NCBI GenBank assembly: GCA_965112735.1
Contig: OZ218951.1
Span: 3,782,001-3,846,000, forward strand
Length of the DNA: 64,000 nt
Direction of reading: 5' to 3'
Origin: Phaeosaccion multiseriatum
Lineage: Eukaryota; Protista; Ochrophyta, other classes
Made by a program: the position numbers and the translations under genes
Notes under the pieces: model-generated
Database searches by the model: none
Seen by the model: only the letters and a program-made list of their open reading frames with translations
What the model was told of the DNA's origin: nothing
Part shown: positions 63,259 to 64,000 of the stretch, in pieces
How the letters are laid out: each line of letters starts with the position of its first letter
Numbering within the stretch: position 1 is the first letter of the stretch

Positions 63259-63860
63259 CGCTATCAGCTGTTCGCCGGCGCGCGCCGGCGCGCTACCCGC
63301 TATTGGACTATTGCGCCCGGCGGGGGGGGCGGGGGGGGGGATCAGCTATTGATGGCGTGGCAATAGCGCAGCTATCGGCGAAAAGGGGCTAGGGGTGATA
63401 AGGGGTTCGAAGGGGTCAAAGCATCAGGTCGTCAAGGTTGGGGGGGGAAAACGGAAAAAGCAAACAATTGTAAGTCAACAAATTCTGATTCCCCCCCCCC
63501 TGGCCTCTTTCTGCCCTCCCCTCGTGCGCATCGCATATATTAGAGCACACCCATCATGAGAGCGAGGAAGAAGGACTGAATGATTGGCGACAGGCTTCTC
63601 TCTTTCATCTGCCGGCCTTTCCTTACCTAACCTATTTGCGCCGTCCGAAGAACGGAGACGTACATCACTCTCAAGTCCCAGATCCCCCCCCCTCTTGAGA
63701 TGATGTCTCTGTTCTTGAGAACTGGGCAAACGGACGGGCAGCAGCCACAGGAGAGTGCATCAAGGGGTTGGCTGGGTTCGCTTGCGGAGGAGGAGGAGGA
63801 GGAGGAGGAGAAGGAGGAGGAGGGAGAGGAAACTTTCTCTGGAGACGGAGAAGCGCCTCG

Positions 63861-63989
63861 TCAGGCAGAGGAGGAGGACGTTTGTGCAGCCGACGAGGCG
63901 CCTGTTTCGATGTCGGGCGCCTTGGCGCACGTTGTGCTTCGCTGGACAGTCATAAACGAGGTTCCTCCAGTCGTCTCTAAGCCCTCAGC
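63861..63989 (-). CDS. Possible terminal exon of a gene extending beyond the window
   Basis: cgtag acceptor followed by 42 codons and TGA; no homology recognised. Confidence 0.25.
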   Translation of the reverse strand, partial: AEGLETTGGTSFMTVQRSTTCAKAPDIETGASSAAQTSSSSA

Positions 63990-64000
63990 CTACGTATCGC

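Overview
Gene-dense eukaryotic nuclear DNA, most likely from a flagellated photosynthetic stramenopile (ochrophyte). This is inferred from bipartite plastid presequences on TatA and NTT and from ciliary TMEM138 and CFAP96-like genes. About 24 intron-rich genes were assembled by hand; introns are mostly 70-150 nt GT-AG, with at least two GC-AG. The genes are SELENOK, a Sel1-repeat protein, AMT, XRN2, ORC5, CAMKMT, TMEM138, AKTIP, a TBC-like protein, Rab32-like, a rhomboid pseudoprotease-SHP-UBA protein, a REC-TPR-cNMP protein, an IQ-motif protein, GID8, TAF7, plastid TatA, plastid NTT, CFAP96-like, calmodulin, CLP1, a tandem PhoD-like protein, an amino-acid transporter, a lesioned MFSD6-like gene and a FAN-like BEACH protein. 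Highlights not visible in the ORF track: (1) a four-exon selenoprotein K ending GG-UGA-GR-stop with a type II SECIS in its 3'UTR; (2) a 6.55-kb pyrimidine-rich, apparently AG-depleted intron of nested triplet repeats inside the rhomboid gene; (3) a group of small TIR elements with roughly 6-bp target duplications, each carrying its own short-motif array and partly nested; (4) a TA-TSD foldback element nested in a related copy; (5) ten head-to-head gene pairs separated by about 90-350 bp. All gene models and family calls come from manual reading and motif recall, not from database searches.
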